From positions 1 to 38,672 of the IMG/VR virus record IMGVR_UViG_3300022218_000005: a DNA stretch of 38,672 nucleotides. One strand, 5' to 3'. The first letter of the stretch is position 1; every line of letters begins with the position of its first letter. The stretch is from a virus (Duplodnaviria > Caudoviricetes). This document shows, in pieces, positions 18,747 to 28,337 of this stretch. Under the pieces are notes generated by a model. That model ran no database searches. It worked only from the letters and a program-made list of their open reading frames with translations, and was not told the origin of the DNA. Position numbers and translations under genes: made by a program.

Positions 18747-19961
18747 TTAAGATAATTTAGGAACTAATCCAATATTAATAGTAAAAGTTTTTGAAGACCC
18801 TACCGGTACTAAATTTAGTTCTACGTTTACATTCTCTGTCACTAATACGTTCTGACTTGGGTTTATATAAACGCTTTCTAATGGTAAATTCCCATTGCTT
18901 ATAGAAAGCTCTACATTGTCTCCCGCTTTGTCAAGTATCATGTTGTTATTGATAGCATCGTAAACAAGTCTTTCGAGGTATGAAACTGTTGAAACACTAA
19001 GTTTGCCGTCTTTTGGATTAACATAAACAGGTGCGTTAAAACGCGGCAGTAAAGCATCGTAAGCTAATACAATAGCTTTATTTATAGTACGAACGTGTGG
19101 CAAAATCGCGTAGTCGTCGGTTATTTTTCCCGCCATTCGCGAACTGCTTACGTAAACATTGGAATCTCTTTTGATACGTTTCATTAAAACAACGCCCTGA
19201 GTTCCATAAGCTGCTATTTCGGTGTCTGTTTTATCCTCTACTGAAAGCCCGAAAATATCGCCTATCTTTTGCCAACGCCCGCCGCCGTTTACAATAAATT
19301 TAGTCCAAGAAATTTCTTGATGTACTTTTGCAAGTGTTGAAAGTCCCAAAAGGAAACCACCTGCTCCACACATTCCTAAACTATCAAAAACAGCTTTTGC
19401 GAGTCCGTTTTCCGTCAAATCGTTTGCGACATCGACTAAACAACGAAAATTTGAAGCGGTTGAAAAATCGGGAATAGTACCCGCTACGTCGTCAGCTTTT
19501 AAGGTAATAATACAAAAAGCAGGTTGTATTTTAGGGACTAAATTATTAAATTCAGTCTGCACACTTTCAACGTTTGCGGTTGTAAGTTTTAAGCTGCTTG
19601 ATATGTAAGCAAAATTTAAAACGTTATTTGCTTGATTATGGTTATGGAAAGCCTCAAAAACAGTCGCGGGCAGGTGCTTGTCGTCTGTTGTGGTGGCTAA
19701 TTGTAAAAACAAAGTACCATTTGCATTAATACGGAAAAATTCCGATGTATGCAAAAAAACTAATTTATAATAATCATTTACACTGTCTTCTTTTATTCCG
19801 TAGGCTTCCAAGTCGGTATCTTTGTAAATCTTTTTAACCTCGTTTTCCACCCAACCAGCGGGTAAAGTATCTACCTCTACAAATTTACCGCCCCACGTGT
19901 CAGTATTTGCAGATTGCCGCCCCAGACCGCCTTTTTGTATATTTATAATTACATTGCTCAT
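18747..19961 (-). CDS. Tail sheath protein (DUF2586-like)
   Basis: N-terminal GGLGR, DYA....RTINKA, INPSQNVL...VPVG C-terminus. Confidence 0.85.
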   Translation of the reverse strand: MSNVIINIQKGGLGRQSANTDTWGGKFVEVDTLPAGWVENEVKKIYKDTDLEAYGIKEDSVNDYYKLVFLHTSEFFRINANGTLFLQLATTTDDKHLPATVFEAFHNHNQANNVLNFAYISSSLKLTTANVESVQTEFNNLVPKIQPAFCIITLKADDVAGTIPDFSTASNFRCLVDVANDLTENGLAKAVFDSLGMCGAGGFLLGLSTLAKVHQEISWTKFIVNGGGRWQKIGDIFGLSVEDKTDTEIAAYGTQGVVLMKRIKRDSNVYVSSSRMAGKITDDYAILPHVRTINKAIVLAYDALLPRFNAPVYVNPKDGKLSVSTVSYLERLVYDAINNNMILDKAGDNVELSISNGNLPLESVYINPSQNVLVTENVNVELNLVPVGSSKTFTINIGLVPKLS

Positions 19962-19963
19962 AA

Positions 19964-20227
19964 TTATTCTTTTAAGAAGTTACTTAATGTGTCTTTATCA
20001 ATAGACACCATATATTCAAAATCGTGGCGTTCCTGACAAACAATAGCCGATCTTTTTTCGCTAAAAAGTTGTGCAGCCCCGTCTTTTTTCATGCAAAAAA
20101 CTCTTTCTATTCTTTTGCGTTCGCAAAGCCCGAGGGCAGCCTCTACTTCTTTTTTGTCCAATTCAAAATTTACGTTTTTCTTACCTTTTTCTGAAATGGA
20201 TATAATTAATTTATTACTTTTTACCAT
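19964..20227 (-). CDS. Hypothetical protein between capsid and sheath genes
   Basis: 87-aa ORF. Confidence 0.65.
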   Translation of the reverse strand: MVKSNKLIISISEKGKKNVNFELDKKEVEAALGLCERKRIERVFCMKKDGAAQLFSEKRSAIVCQERHDFEYMVSIDKDTLSNFLKE

Positions 20228-20248
20228 TTTCTTTAATGTATTTTAAAA

Positions 20249-20264
20249 TGTTTCACGTGAAACA
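20249..20264. promoter_or_regulatory. parS: parS-type palindrome #1
   Basis: Perfect TGTTTCACGTGAAACA, intergenic. Confidence 0.85.
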
Positions 20265-20274
20265 AATATAAGAA

Positions 20275-20290
20275 TGTTTCACGTGAAACA
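20275..20290. promoter_or_regulatory. parS: parS-type palindrome #2
   Basis: Perfect TGTTTCACGTGAAACA, separated from #1 by 10 bp. Confidence 0.85.
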
Positions 20291-20298
20291 AAAATTTT

Positions 20299-21465
20299 TT
20301 ACTCAGGTGCTTCAACTAACATAACAACCCCTTTGCCATCTTGACGTGCTTTTATTGCACCATGGCGAGTCTCCGACGAATATAAATCCCCGTAAAACTG
20401 CGGATTGTTCATATCTGGAAAAACAACTGGTTTACCTTTTGCTATCTTAACAGCGTCAGAGTACCATGCAATCCCCGCACTTAACATATTAGCAGCGGCA
20501 TCAGCACCGTCTTCTACTTTTGTAAGTGTAATATTATCCCCCGAAACACTTTGAGAATAAAGGATATTAGCCCCCCAGTCATCTCTACGGCGTGGATCTA
20601 ATATTTTAAATCCGTAAAGATCGCCGATAAGTCCTTTGTCTCTTTCGCCTCTGTATCCTGTTTGATTGTAGTCAAAAAAGCCGTCAATACTTCTAATATC
20701 ATGTATTTGGGCTTCAGTAGGCAAATAAACAAGGTCCCCGCTAAAAAGTTTATTTGCTCTTTGTAATTCTAATTTACTTTTAAGATTTTTAAAATCCTGT
20801 AAAGTTACTTTTTTTACATTTCCAGTTGTGCCCGTTACTGGGTTTTTACGAACAGCAGTTCCCGAAGTCATTACAAAAAAGTCTGTTCCCTCTGAAATGC
20901 TTACAATCTCGCCAACGCCAACAGCACCTTGAGACCATTCAACCAGAGTAAAATTAGAAATAGCTTCCATTAGTTTAGCTGCTTTGCTTCTCAATAAGTC
21001 AAGTAAAGCATTATAACCAACTTCGGAAGTTAATTCCATAGTAATAACCTGAGCGGGTGTTCTGAAGTACTCAATCACCCATTCCCATTTAGTGTTTTTA
21101 CGAGTATAAACTTTTTGAGCAGTAACCTCTTCTTCATTAACTAAGGCTTTGTCATATAAACGCCCTTTTATCGCCTTCATTCCCTCTACGGAACTTTGCA
21201 TTTTCTTAACCTCACCAGTCGCTGCAAATTGTGCATCGTTTATGGCGTAGCTCATAAAAGAGTCATCTGGATATGCGAACTCGTCAATTTCCGACGAATA
21301 AATTGCAATTCGTTGCTCGGTGCTATTTCTTATATCAGCACTTAACGAATTTCTTGCATAATTCAAATATTTTTGAAAGTCCGAGTCGCTTTTAACGCCG
21401 TGAGTTATCAAGGCATTTTGTAAGTCTTTATTTTTGGTAAAATTTTGTATTTCTGTTATGTGCAT
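20299..21465 (-). CDS. Major capsid protein
   Basis: 388 aa directly after the protease/scaffold gene; GLIGDLYGFKI and C-terminal YGDLYS...RQDGKGVV patterns. Confidence 0.8.
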   Translation of the reverse strand: MHITEIQNFTKNKDLQNALITHGVKSDSDFQKYLNYARNSLSADIRNSTEQRIAIYSSEIDEFAYPDDSFMSYAINDAQFAATGEVKKMQSSVEGMKAIKGRLYDKALVNEEEVTAQKVYTRKNTKWEWVIEYFRTPAQVITMELTSEVGYNALLDLLRSKAAKLMEAISNFTLVEWSQGAVGVGEIVSISEGTDFFVMTSGTAVRKNPVTGTTGNVKKVTLQDFKNLKSKLELQRANKLFSGDLVYLPTEAQIHDIRSIDGFFDYNQTGYRGERDKGLIGDLYGFKILDPRRRDDWGANILYSQSVSGDNITLTKVEDGADAAANMLSAGIAWYSDAVKIAKGKPVVFPDMNNPQFYGDLYSSETRHGAIKARQDGKGVVMLVEAPE

Positions 21466-21471
21466 ATTTTT

Positions 21472-22596
21472 TTATTTAAAAGAAGCGTTAAACAATTCAT
21501 TAAATTTAATAGGGTTTTTTGCTCTCAATTCTTTTCGAGCAGCCGCCGTCATGTTCGCAAACTCCGCTGCTTTTTCTTTTTGTGTTTGCGAGTCCCCGTT
21601 CGGCTCGATACCGTCATCAATACCATTGTTATTGATAATAATATCCTGAATAGGGTTAAGTGTTTTAAAAGCATCGAAATTGCCCTTTGCCATGTTTACT
21701 AACGCTTCACGATGTTCTTTTTTTGAAGCATCTTTTTCAATTAAAGCATCTACGTAGTCTTCAAACTTTTCGTTTTCAAGTTTTTCTGCTCTGTTTTTAA
21801 AAGCTGTATTTTCCGCTTTCAAATCTTTTATTTCGTTTTGCGACTCATTGTATTTGTTTTCAAAAGTCGTTTTTTCTGTTTTTAAATTTTGAATAGCAAG
21901 GCGAACATCGGCATCCCCCGCGTTTTCATTCAAATTTAAAATACCTATTAATTCTTTCATATACTTTAAGTTTTTGATTTTCGGAGTAAAGTTTTTAGTA
22001 ATATTATACACTTCTAACCTACTAAGGTTTTGAGCTATCTGTGGAGTATTGTCTATTTTTATAATACTGTCTATTAAACCCGCTTTTTTAGCCTCTAATG
22101 CTGTAAAAGTAGTTTCGTTTTCCATAAAAGAACGGACTTTGCTTTTTGACAGATTAGTATTAGCTGTAAATATATTTTCTATCGCGTCCGCAACACTTAA
22201 CAATTTATTTTTAAGCTCACCGTCAGGCAAATCCGCAGCGGTTAAACCGTCTTTTGTAGCTGGCGGGTGCAATAACATTGTGTTGAAAGGCATTACTTTA
22301 CGATAGCCTTTCGTGCCGCTTGCAACTATCCATCCTGCAACACTGTCGGTTATACCAAGCCCCAAAGTTTCGACAATTTCGCCGTTTTGAGTTTTTTGAT
22401 TTATAGCCGAAATAATTTCATAACCAGCCAAAACATTACCACCAAAAGAATTTACTCTAATTCTAATATGTTTAGAATCGGCATTTAAAATTTGGCTTGC
22501 AATATTTGCACCATCATAAAAATCAATATCCCCGCTTAAAATTATTTCAGGAATACCGTCTGTTTTGCTATTTATAAAATCCACTGTTTTCATCAC
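21472..22596 (-). CDS. ClpP-like (S14) prohead protease with C-terminal scaffold region
   Basis: VNSFGGNV, DSVAG (Ser), MLLHPP (His), ETTFTALEAKKAGLID; coiled-coil C-terminus. Confidence 0.9.
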   Translation of the reverse strand: MMKTVDFINSKTDGIPEIILSGDIDFYDGANIASQILNADSKHIRIRVNSFGGNVLAGYEIISAINQKTQNGEIVETLGLGITDSVAGWIVASGTKGYRKVMPFNTMLLHPPATKDGLTAADLPDGELKNKLLSVADAIENIFTANTNLSKSKVRSFMENETTFTALEAKKAGLIDSIIKIDNTPQIAQNLSRLEVYNITKNFTPKIKNLKYMKELIGILNLNENAGDADVRLAIQNLKTEKTTFENKYNESQNEIKDLKAENTAFKNRAEKLENEKFEDYVDALIEKDASKKEHREALVNMAKGNFDAFKTLNPIQDIIINNNGIDDGIEPNGDSQTQKEKAAEFANMTAAARKELRAKNPIKFNELFNASFK

Positions 22597-22605
22597 GCCC
22601 CTAAA

Positions 22606-23133
22606 TTAAGTATTTATTTCGACTTTTGCAATTTTCCCCAAAACTATTGGTTTTAAAACGTTCCCCTCGTTTGCATCTACTATATTTGTATTCTCTACAA
22701 ATTCCTTAACAATAAAAGAATAATTCATTAAATATTCATAATTTGCGGCGTGGTTTAAGTCTTCACGCTCGCCCATCTTAAGGACACGCCCATTTATACA
22801 GTCGTGTTTTACGCCTGAAAATTTCTTGTGTATTCTATCTGCAAAGTCGTATGCTGTATTTTGAGCGTTTCCATTATAATTGTTAAAAACAATTCTTAAA
22901 TCAATAGTTACAGGTATCTGTTCGGCTTGCTGTATTTTTTGTTGGTTAAGATATTCGCGACCATCCCCTATGTTTGAATAAGCAAAATAAACGGCTATTT
23001 CTGGGGCTGTTTCTTCATTTTCAAATCTTTGCATTTGATTATTCCAAGCCTCAAAACGTTTTATTTCATCACCCAAAGCCTCAACCGTTTTGATTTCGAA
23101 AAAATTCTTTAATTCAGTTCGCCAGTTACTCAT
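22606..23133 (-). CDS. Probable tail terminator / neck protein
   Basis: AWNNQ...AVYF pattern; next to the virion morphogenesis gene. Confidence 0.6.
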   Translation of the reverse strand: MSNWRTELKNFFEIKTVEALGDEIKRFEAWNNQMQRFENEETAPEIAVYFAYSNIGDGREYLNQQKIQQAEQIPVTIDLRIVFNNYNGNAQNTAYDFADRIHKKFSGVKHDCINGRVLKMGEREDLNHAANYEYLMNYSFIVKEFVENTNIVDANEGNVLKPIVLGKIAKVEINT

Positions 23134-23588
23134 TTTTTAAAGATTAAATTATTTATTTCTTCTTTTACTGCTTTTTCAACCTTTTTATTTAGTTCCGTAG
23201 AATATCCTAAGATTTCACGTTGTGGCATTTTATCCGTACCTTCATTGTGGTAGCTTGCGTAATCGGTTGCGTCAGTGCCTATAATAATTTCATTAAAAGT
23301 AGCTTTTTGAATATCAATATCATTTCGCATTTGCCCCGTATCCACTAACAAGGCTCTCCCTATTTGCCTTTTTGCTTTTAAGCGGGTTTTTCGTCCGCTT
23401 GTGAAGTCTTTTATTTTTAATTTGCGTTTTTCCCATCCGCTTATTGATTTATCAGTTTGCCCCCCGCCTTTTGCAAATCCTTTTAAATAATGGTTTTTTG
23501 CAAGCTCGGCTATAATTGTCGGGATTTCAATTTTAAATTTATCTACATTCTTTTGTAAATTTGGATATTTACCTTTTTGTTTTAACAT
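23130..23588 (-). CDS. Phage virion morphogenesis protein (Mu gpG / tail completion-like)
   Basis: LLVDTGQMR, YASYHNEG and MPQREILG motifs; start placed at MLKQKG (the longer track ORF overlaps the upstream gene). Confidence 0.8.
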   Translation of the reverse strand: MLKQKGKYPNLQKNVDKFKIEIPTIIAELAKNHYLKGFAKGGGQTDKSISGWEKRKLKIKDFTSGRKTRLKAKRQIGRALLVDTGQMRNDIDIQKATFNEIIIGTDATDYASYHNEGTDKMPQREILGYSTELNKKVEKAVKEEINNLIFKK

Positions 23589-23607
23589 AGCTTTTTTTGT
23601 TTGAAAA

Positions 23608-24219
23608 TTAAACATTTGCACGCACACCCTCGCCGCCTTGTCGGTCTGCCCCAAAGTCTCCAAAGTCTATGGGCGTATCACTCAGTAAAGAAATGGTTAA
23701 AATATAATCATTCACTTGTCTTTTTACGTCGAAACTTTGAATAACGAATTTTTTTAATCCAAACCTATTATTTAGAAACTTGTTTTCTATCTCAATAGCC
23801 CCTTGTACTTTTTCAAGTTTTACAATTTCGTTTAAAGTTTCAGTATCTGTAACGTCGGGCTGTACGTTTACAAGTCCTGCAAAACGGTTCGCGGTTGTGG
23901 CTACTAATGCCTTTTGTGCAGCTATTCCAAGTAAACCAGTAGCCGAAAAAAGCGGTGCTGCTATAATTATGCTTAAATTTACATTATAGTCTCCTTTTCC
24001 TGTATATTCTTTGATAGTGCCATTTTTGCCATTTACTCGACTGAAAACAATATCGGACTGTCGCGAAATATCTATTTGAGCAGCATTTAAAACAATCTCA
24101 TTATAAGCCCCGTTTGCAGGTGCGGGAAAAATTATATTATCATAAACAACACTGCCAAGCTCCGAAAAACCCACGGGTTTACTCTCTATTCCTATGTCAT
24201 TTACTAATATTTCAGCCAT
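23608..24219 (-). CDS. DUF6046-like tail tube initiator / baseplate protein
   Basis: GKNGTIKEY...DYNV, FLN..FG...VI and LLSD motifs. Confidence 0.65.
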   Translation of the reverse strand: MAEILVNDIGIESKPVGFSELGSVVYDNIIFPAPANGAYNEIVLNAAQIDISRQSDIVFSRVNGKNGTIKEYTGKGDYNVNLSIIIAAPLFSATGLLGIAAQKALVATTANRFAGLVNVQPDVTDTETLNEIVKLEKVQGAIEIENKFLNNRFGLKKFVIQSFDVKRQVNDYILTISLLSDTPIDFGDFGADRQGGEGVRANV

Positions 24220-24220
24220 A

Positions 24221-25003
24221 CTATTTGCTTATTTTTGGAAAACCAAAATTATTTTTTAATTCATTAGAAAACTCACGAGGTACTTTGAAATAATTATTTT
24301 TACCTTTTCCGCTTTCTTTAAAAAGATACTCTTTTTTGCCTACATTAAACGCAAATTCAGGGTTTTTTTTAAATTCTTTTTCTATTTCTTTTGTTTTGTC
24401 TTTTGTTTCGTTTTCGGTTGTTGTGTTCGCTTTACGGTGTCTTATGACAATGCAGCGACACCGCCAGCCGTTTGCGGGGAAAATAGTATTCCATATAGGG
24501 TCATCCACTGGTTTTTTTAAGCCATCTAATTTTTTATGCGATGGTCTTACTCGCTGGTCGCCCACGCTTACATATTCTAAAATAGGGAAAATATCTTTTT
24601 CGCTTTCGTATTTAATCCATTTTCGCGCGTTTTGAGCCTGTTTAATAGCTAAGTCATTCTCAGCTTTTAACCATTCTATATTATATTTTTCATTTATTTT
24701 TAGAGCTGTTTTTTTAAAGTCTGCAAATGGTCTTTTTATGCCATTTGGTAAAAAAACATTATCGCTTAACTCTTTTATATTTTGAAAAGTTTTCGCACCA
24801 GAAAAACGGCTTATATTTGTTCTGTAATTAAAAGCTTTTTGATTTAAAAATTTATCAGTTCCCAAAACCTCGCCAAATCCTTTTTTAAAAGAATTATCTA
24901 ACTTTTCAAAAGTCCAAAAATATAATAACTCGGGGAGTTTAAAAAGGCTTATTTCTCCCGAAAAAACTCCCTCTATTAACAAAGTAATTAAATCCTTGTC
25001 CAT
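24221..25003 (-). CDS. Mu gpF / SPP1 gp7-like minor head protein
   Basis: YVSVGDQRVRPSH..LDG...P.DDPIW...PANGWRCRC signature. Confidence 0.9.
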   Translation of the reverse strand: MDKDLITLLIEGVFSGEISLFKLPELLYFWTFEKLDNSFKKGFGEVLGTDKFLNQKAFNYRTNISRFSGAKTFQNIKELSDNVFLPNGIKRPFADFKKTALKINEKYNIEWLKAENDLAIKQAQNARKWIKYESEKDIFPILEYVSVGDQRVRPSHKKLDGLKKPVDDPIWNTIFPANGWRCRCIVIRHRKANTTTENETKDKTKEIEKEFKKNPEFAFNVGKKEYLFKESGKGKNNYFKVPREFSNELKNNFGFPKISK

Positions 25004-26223
25004 TACTCTATTGGTATTTTTGCATAAAAATCATAATCAAAACCGGCTGTTAATGCAGTATTTAATAAAACTATCCCTATGCCGTTTATGTTTGAGGTAC
25101 CTGCAACACCCTGTAATATTTCATTGTTTCCATACATAAAAACAGGAATTTCCATATTAGTGAGCAAAGGTAAATAATTTGTGAAATCAATATCAAAAAG
25201 AGCTTTATTGCCTATTGTTTGACTTATGAATTGAAAAATCCCTTTTATCTCTATAAAGTCCTTTTCATATCTATAAAATACACTTGTATTTGACACGTTT
25301 ACATTGTCAGTTTCGTAAGCACCTGAAGGGACAGCTGTCCACTCAAAAGGCAAAGATGTTTTTAATATAGGGAAAATCAGCGTATCTGTCCAGTCTGACA
25401 CTTCGATATTAAATCCATTAGTTGTAAAGTTTTCCCCTAGTAGTAAGAAAGTCCCACCATACGAAGCTCCTGTCCCTTTTTGAATATATAAGCTTGCTTT
25501 TGCAGGAGACTCTTGGTTATCTACAAGCACAAATTTAGGCATATTTTCAGTAGGTATTCCTATTGTTTTAACATTCAATTCTAACCCACTCCCGCTTTTG
25601 CCAAAATTAACCAAGAAAGAACACGGTTGAGCTTCGTGTGTAAAACCATTAAAAAAAACAGTAAAATTACAAAACTGGGCTGTTAAAAACTCCCCTATTT
25701 TAATAAAAGCGTTATCCGTCGAGTAGGTTGGCAAAACACGCCAGTTTTGCGACTTTTCAAATAAATTAGGCTTATATAAATCACCCAAACCTTCCAAATC
25801 GGTATTTATATTGCCCAAAAGTTCACCGTTTACATTTCTTAAAAATCTGTTATTTACTCGAGGAGTATCAGCATCTATTCCAAAAATACCACCCGCAACG
25901 GCTTTTTGTTCTCTTATTGTATTTCTTACAATGCCATCATTAAATTCGCGAGCGTCCGTATCTGTAACACTTAAAGTTACATTATAAGGTAAAGAAACGC
26001 CAGTTACAGCCTCAAAAGTTGCAAGTTTGTTTTCCAAAAAAACAATGCCTTCCGAAATATTAGCGTTTAAAGTTGTGCCTGTTACTATACAACCCGAAAC
26101 AATCGTATCTCCAAAATTTAATTCTTTGAAAATATTTTCTTGCATTTCCAAATTATCAATATAAGGCAGCATGTCTTCATTTTCTAAAGGTCTCCCGCCG
26201 TCTGGATTTAATATTTTTCTCAT
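25003..26223 (-). CDS. Tail fibre / receptor-binding protein
   Basis: Follows baseplate J and I genes; N-terminal GGRPL..ED, IVSGC and GIVF attachment-domain pattern; beta-rich C-terminus. Confidence 0.65.
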   Translation of the reverse strand: MRKILNPDGGRPLENEDMLPYIDNLEMQENIFKELNFGDTIVSGCIVTGTTLNANISEGIVFLENKLATFEAVTGVSLPYNVTLSVTDTDAREFNDGIVRNTIREQKAVAGGIFGIDADTPRVNNRFLRNVNGELLGNINTDLEGLGDLYKPNLFEKSQNWRVLPTYSTDNAFIKIGEFLTAQFCNFTVFFNGFTHEAQPCSFLVNFGKSGSGLELNVKTIGIPTENMPKFVLVDNQESPAKASLYIQKGTGASYGGTFLLLGENFTTNGFNIEVSDWTDTLIFPILKTSLPFEWTAVPSGAYETDNVNVSNTSVFYRYEKDFIEIKGIFQFISQTIGNKALFDIDFTNYLPLLTNMEIPVFMYGNNEILQGVAGTSNINGIGIVLLNTALTAGFDYDFYAKIPIE

Positions 26224-26225
26224 AT

Positions 26226-26729
26226 CTAAAAATATATAATATCGTAACCAGTGCCGTAGATTTGCACTAAGTTAATATGGTTTTTAATTTTATTTTCTAT
26301 GTTTTGGTATTCGATAGGTACAAAAACAGTAAAGCGAATAACAGAACTAAGTGGCTTTTGTTCGGTGCTGTTAAATGTATAAACTTTATCAAGACCACCC
26401 TCCCCCTTGTTTCCTAAAAACGTCTTTTGCGGGGCTGTTTCGCCACTATTGAAAACATACGGATTGATCACAACATTAGAGCTGTTATCAATTATAATAC
26501 GCTTCAAAACACTATCAAAAACATTATTAAGGCTATTTTCCAAAGAAAGCCGCTGTATTGAGTAGCCAAGTTGTATTTTTGTTTCGTTTTCAGTTGTTTC
26601 GAGTTTTTCGTTTACCGTATCAAAACAGCCGTGTAAAATAGTATCTATCAAACTGAAATTTTCTTCATTTTGATAAAAAAAAGGTATAAAATCCTTAATT
26701 ATATTATCTAAGTTATATTTCATAATCAA
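26226..26729 (-). CDS. Baseplate wedge subunit (gpI-like)
   Basis: SLENSLNNVFD...FTVFVP...GTGYDI pattern; between J and fibre genes. Confidence 0.65.
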   Translation of the reverse strand: MIMKYNLDNIIKDFIPFFYQNEENFSLIDTILHGCFDTVNEKLETTENETKIQLGYSIQRLSLENSLNNVFDSVLKRIIIDNSSNVVINPYVFNSGETAPQKTFLGNKGEGGLDKVYTFNSTEQKPLSSVIRFTVFVPIEYQNIENKIKNHINLVQIYGTGYDIIYF

Positions 26730-27583
26730 CCAGTTATATAATTAATATTGTCGCTTAAAATAAAGCCGCTTTCTAAGTTTACGTAGCCTGACAAAGCCTT
26801 AAAACTCTTACTTGGTAAGCTTAAAACATCTACAAAACCACTCTCTCCGCTTGCTTTTTTCTCTAAAAAGGTAAATACGGAATTTAAAACGCCGTCAGTA
26901 TTTAAAACCGATTGCATTAACTTATTTGCGTAAAAAGTGCCGCCAAAACTTACATTTTGAAAACCTGCAATATAATCATTTACAGCGTTTTCGACTGGCT
27001 TTGTCGTACCGTCGCTTAATAGCGTACCGTCCGAAATATTAATAATTTGACTATCTACTGTAACCGTGAAACCCACTCTAATTTCATCCCCATCTAAAGT
27101 AGTTATTAATATATCAAGCCCTGCGGGTTGCATATCGTTAATATAGTCAAGAAAAGCACTTAGGTTTGTGGGGGTTAGCGACACGGGCAAACCGCCAGAA
27201 AGCTCCGCCACTTTCAACTCTATACGCCCGTTTGCATCGGTGAAAACAGCGGCTCTTTTAATTATTTGCTTATCGACATCTATTACTTCATAGCCTAAAT
27301 TTCCATTAACGAAAGTAACCAAAGGGTCTCCAAGTTGGAAGCCTAAAGAGATACTTCGCCACCAGAAAGAAGTATGTACTTGCTTGCTTTCTAATATCGT
27401 TTTAACCTCACTTAAAAAGTCATCAAACGTAAGTTCAAACTCGCCTGTTATTTCTGCATAACAAGCAAACAAAGCTAAAAAAAACGACTGTTTACTTTGC
27501 GAGGTGCAAATGTTTGACAATATAGGGTCGGCATCTTTTCGAGCCAGTATTTCTTCTAATATCTCTGCTTTTGTCCGTGCCAT
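26726..27583 (-). CDS. Baseplate wedge subunit (gpJ-like)
   Basis: MART..EI, HT..W......FQ.GD, IIKRAAV, LKVA and YI....PAG motifs. Confidence 0.78.
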   Translation of the reverse strand: MARTKAEILEEILARKDADPILSNICTSQSKQSFFLALFACYAEITGEFELTFDDFLSEVKTILESKQVHTSFWWRSISLGFQLGDPLVTFVNGNLGYEVIDVDKQIIKRAAVFTDANGRIELKVAELSGGLPVSLTPTNLSAFLDYINDMQPAGLDILITTLDGDEIRVGFTVTVDSQIINISDGTLLSDGTTKPVENAVNDYIAGFQNVSFGGTFYANKLMQSVLNTDGVLNSVFTFLEKKASGESGFVDVLSLPSKSFKALSGYVNLESGFILSDNINYITG

Positions 27584-27596
27584 GAGTTAAATATAT

Positions 27597-27641
27597 AAAA
27601 AAAGGCTGCAAACTCCAAAAAAAAAGAAGTTTGCAGCCTTT
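27597..27641 (-). terminator. Strong intrinsic terminator
   Basis: AAAGGCTGCAAACT/AGTTTGCAGCCTTT perfect 14-bp stem ending in T7 on the minus strand. Confidence 0.85.
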
Positions 27642-27715
27642 GAAAACAACAAATAAAAAAAACAAAAAAGTGTATTAACCTAACAAATAAAAACCAACAA
27701 AAAACCATTTTGTCT
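27597..27715 (-). ncRNA. Candidate ~119-nt U-rich small RNA
   Basis: Bounded by a perfect Bacteroidota promoter (27720..27750) and a 14-bp-stem terminator (27597..27641) in a gap between structural genes; start site inferred. Confidence 0.6.
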
Positions 27716-27719
27716 ATTG

Positions 27720-27750
27720 CAAACATACAACTTTTTTTTGTTTCTGCAAA
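27720..27750 (-). promoter_or_regulatory. Consensus Bacteroidota sigmaA promoter
   Basis: Minus strand TTTG-N19-TATGTTTG, an exact match to the -33/-7 consensus. Confidence 0.82.
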
Positions 27751-27758
27751 CAAAACGT

Positions 27759-28118
27759 CTATTTTATTTTTTTTAGCAGTTCTTTTATATCTGAACTTAT
27801 TTCTTTGATACTTCCTTTTATTTCACTTGTTTCTTTTTGTAAATTTTCAATTCGGATTGTCAATTCGCTTTTAACTGAGCTTATAGCCTTATCTGTTTCA
27901 GTGCGAAATTTCGCAATCTCTTTTTTTAAATAATCTTCTGTTACAGCGTTTTTAATTAAATACTCTACATCGCTGTTCATTTTTATTCGTTTTGCATTTA
28001 TGTTTTTTAATAATTGTTTTACGATAAAAACCAAAGCCACCATAAAAACAACACAAAAAACCAAAACTACAAACCCTGTCAGAACAGGGCTTGACGCTAC
28101 TAATTTTGAAAAGTCCAT
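27759..28118 (-). CDS. Membrane-anchored coiled-coil protein (holin- or spanin-like candidate)
   Basis: One long N-terminal TM helix followed by coiled coil. Confidence 0.55.
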   Translation of the reverse strand: MDFSKLVASSPVLTGFVVLVFCVVFMVALVFIVKQLLKNINAKRIKMNSDVEYLIKNAVTEDYLKKEIAKFRTETDKAISSVKSELTIRIENLQKETSEIKGSIKEISSDIKELLKKIK

Positions 28119-28121
28119 TTA

Positions 28122-28283
28122 TTACTTATTTTTATTAATATTGTTTCCTATCTTTTTTTTGATAAGCTTTTGTTTATCTTTTAAGCCTTTATATTTCCTG
28201 TCGATCTTTCGCTTACCTATGATATAATAAATAATCGGTACAATAAAAACCATAGCAATGGAGCAAATAATAAAAATTTTCAT
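28122..28283 (-). CDS. Small (53 aa) TM protein with basic tail, not in the ORF track
   Basis: Manual translation MKIFIICSIAMVFIVPIIYYIIGKRKIDRKYKGLKDKQKLIKKKIGNNINKNK. Confidence 0.6.
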   Translation of the reverse strand: MKIFIICSIAMVFIVPIIYYIIGKRKIDRKYKGLKDKQKLIKKKIGNNINKNK

Positions 28284-28337
28284 TTTTTCATTTTTTTAAG
28301 ATTTAAAAACGCGGCTTAACCGCCCGCCGCAAAGGAT

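Noticed and set aside
27556-27753. 65-aa Phe-rich minus-strand ORF as a real CDS
   Set aside because: It starts upstream of the promoter, runs through a strong terminator and overlaps baseplate J; its composition follows from the U-rich sequence. A 50-aa version from 27708 is kept only as an alternative to the sRNA
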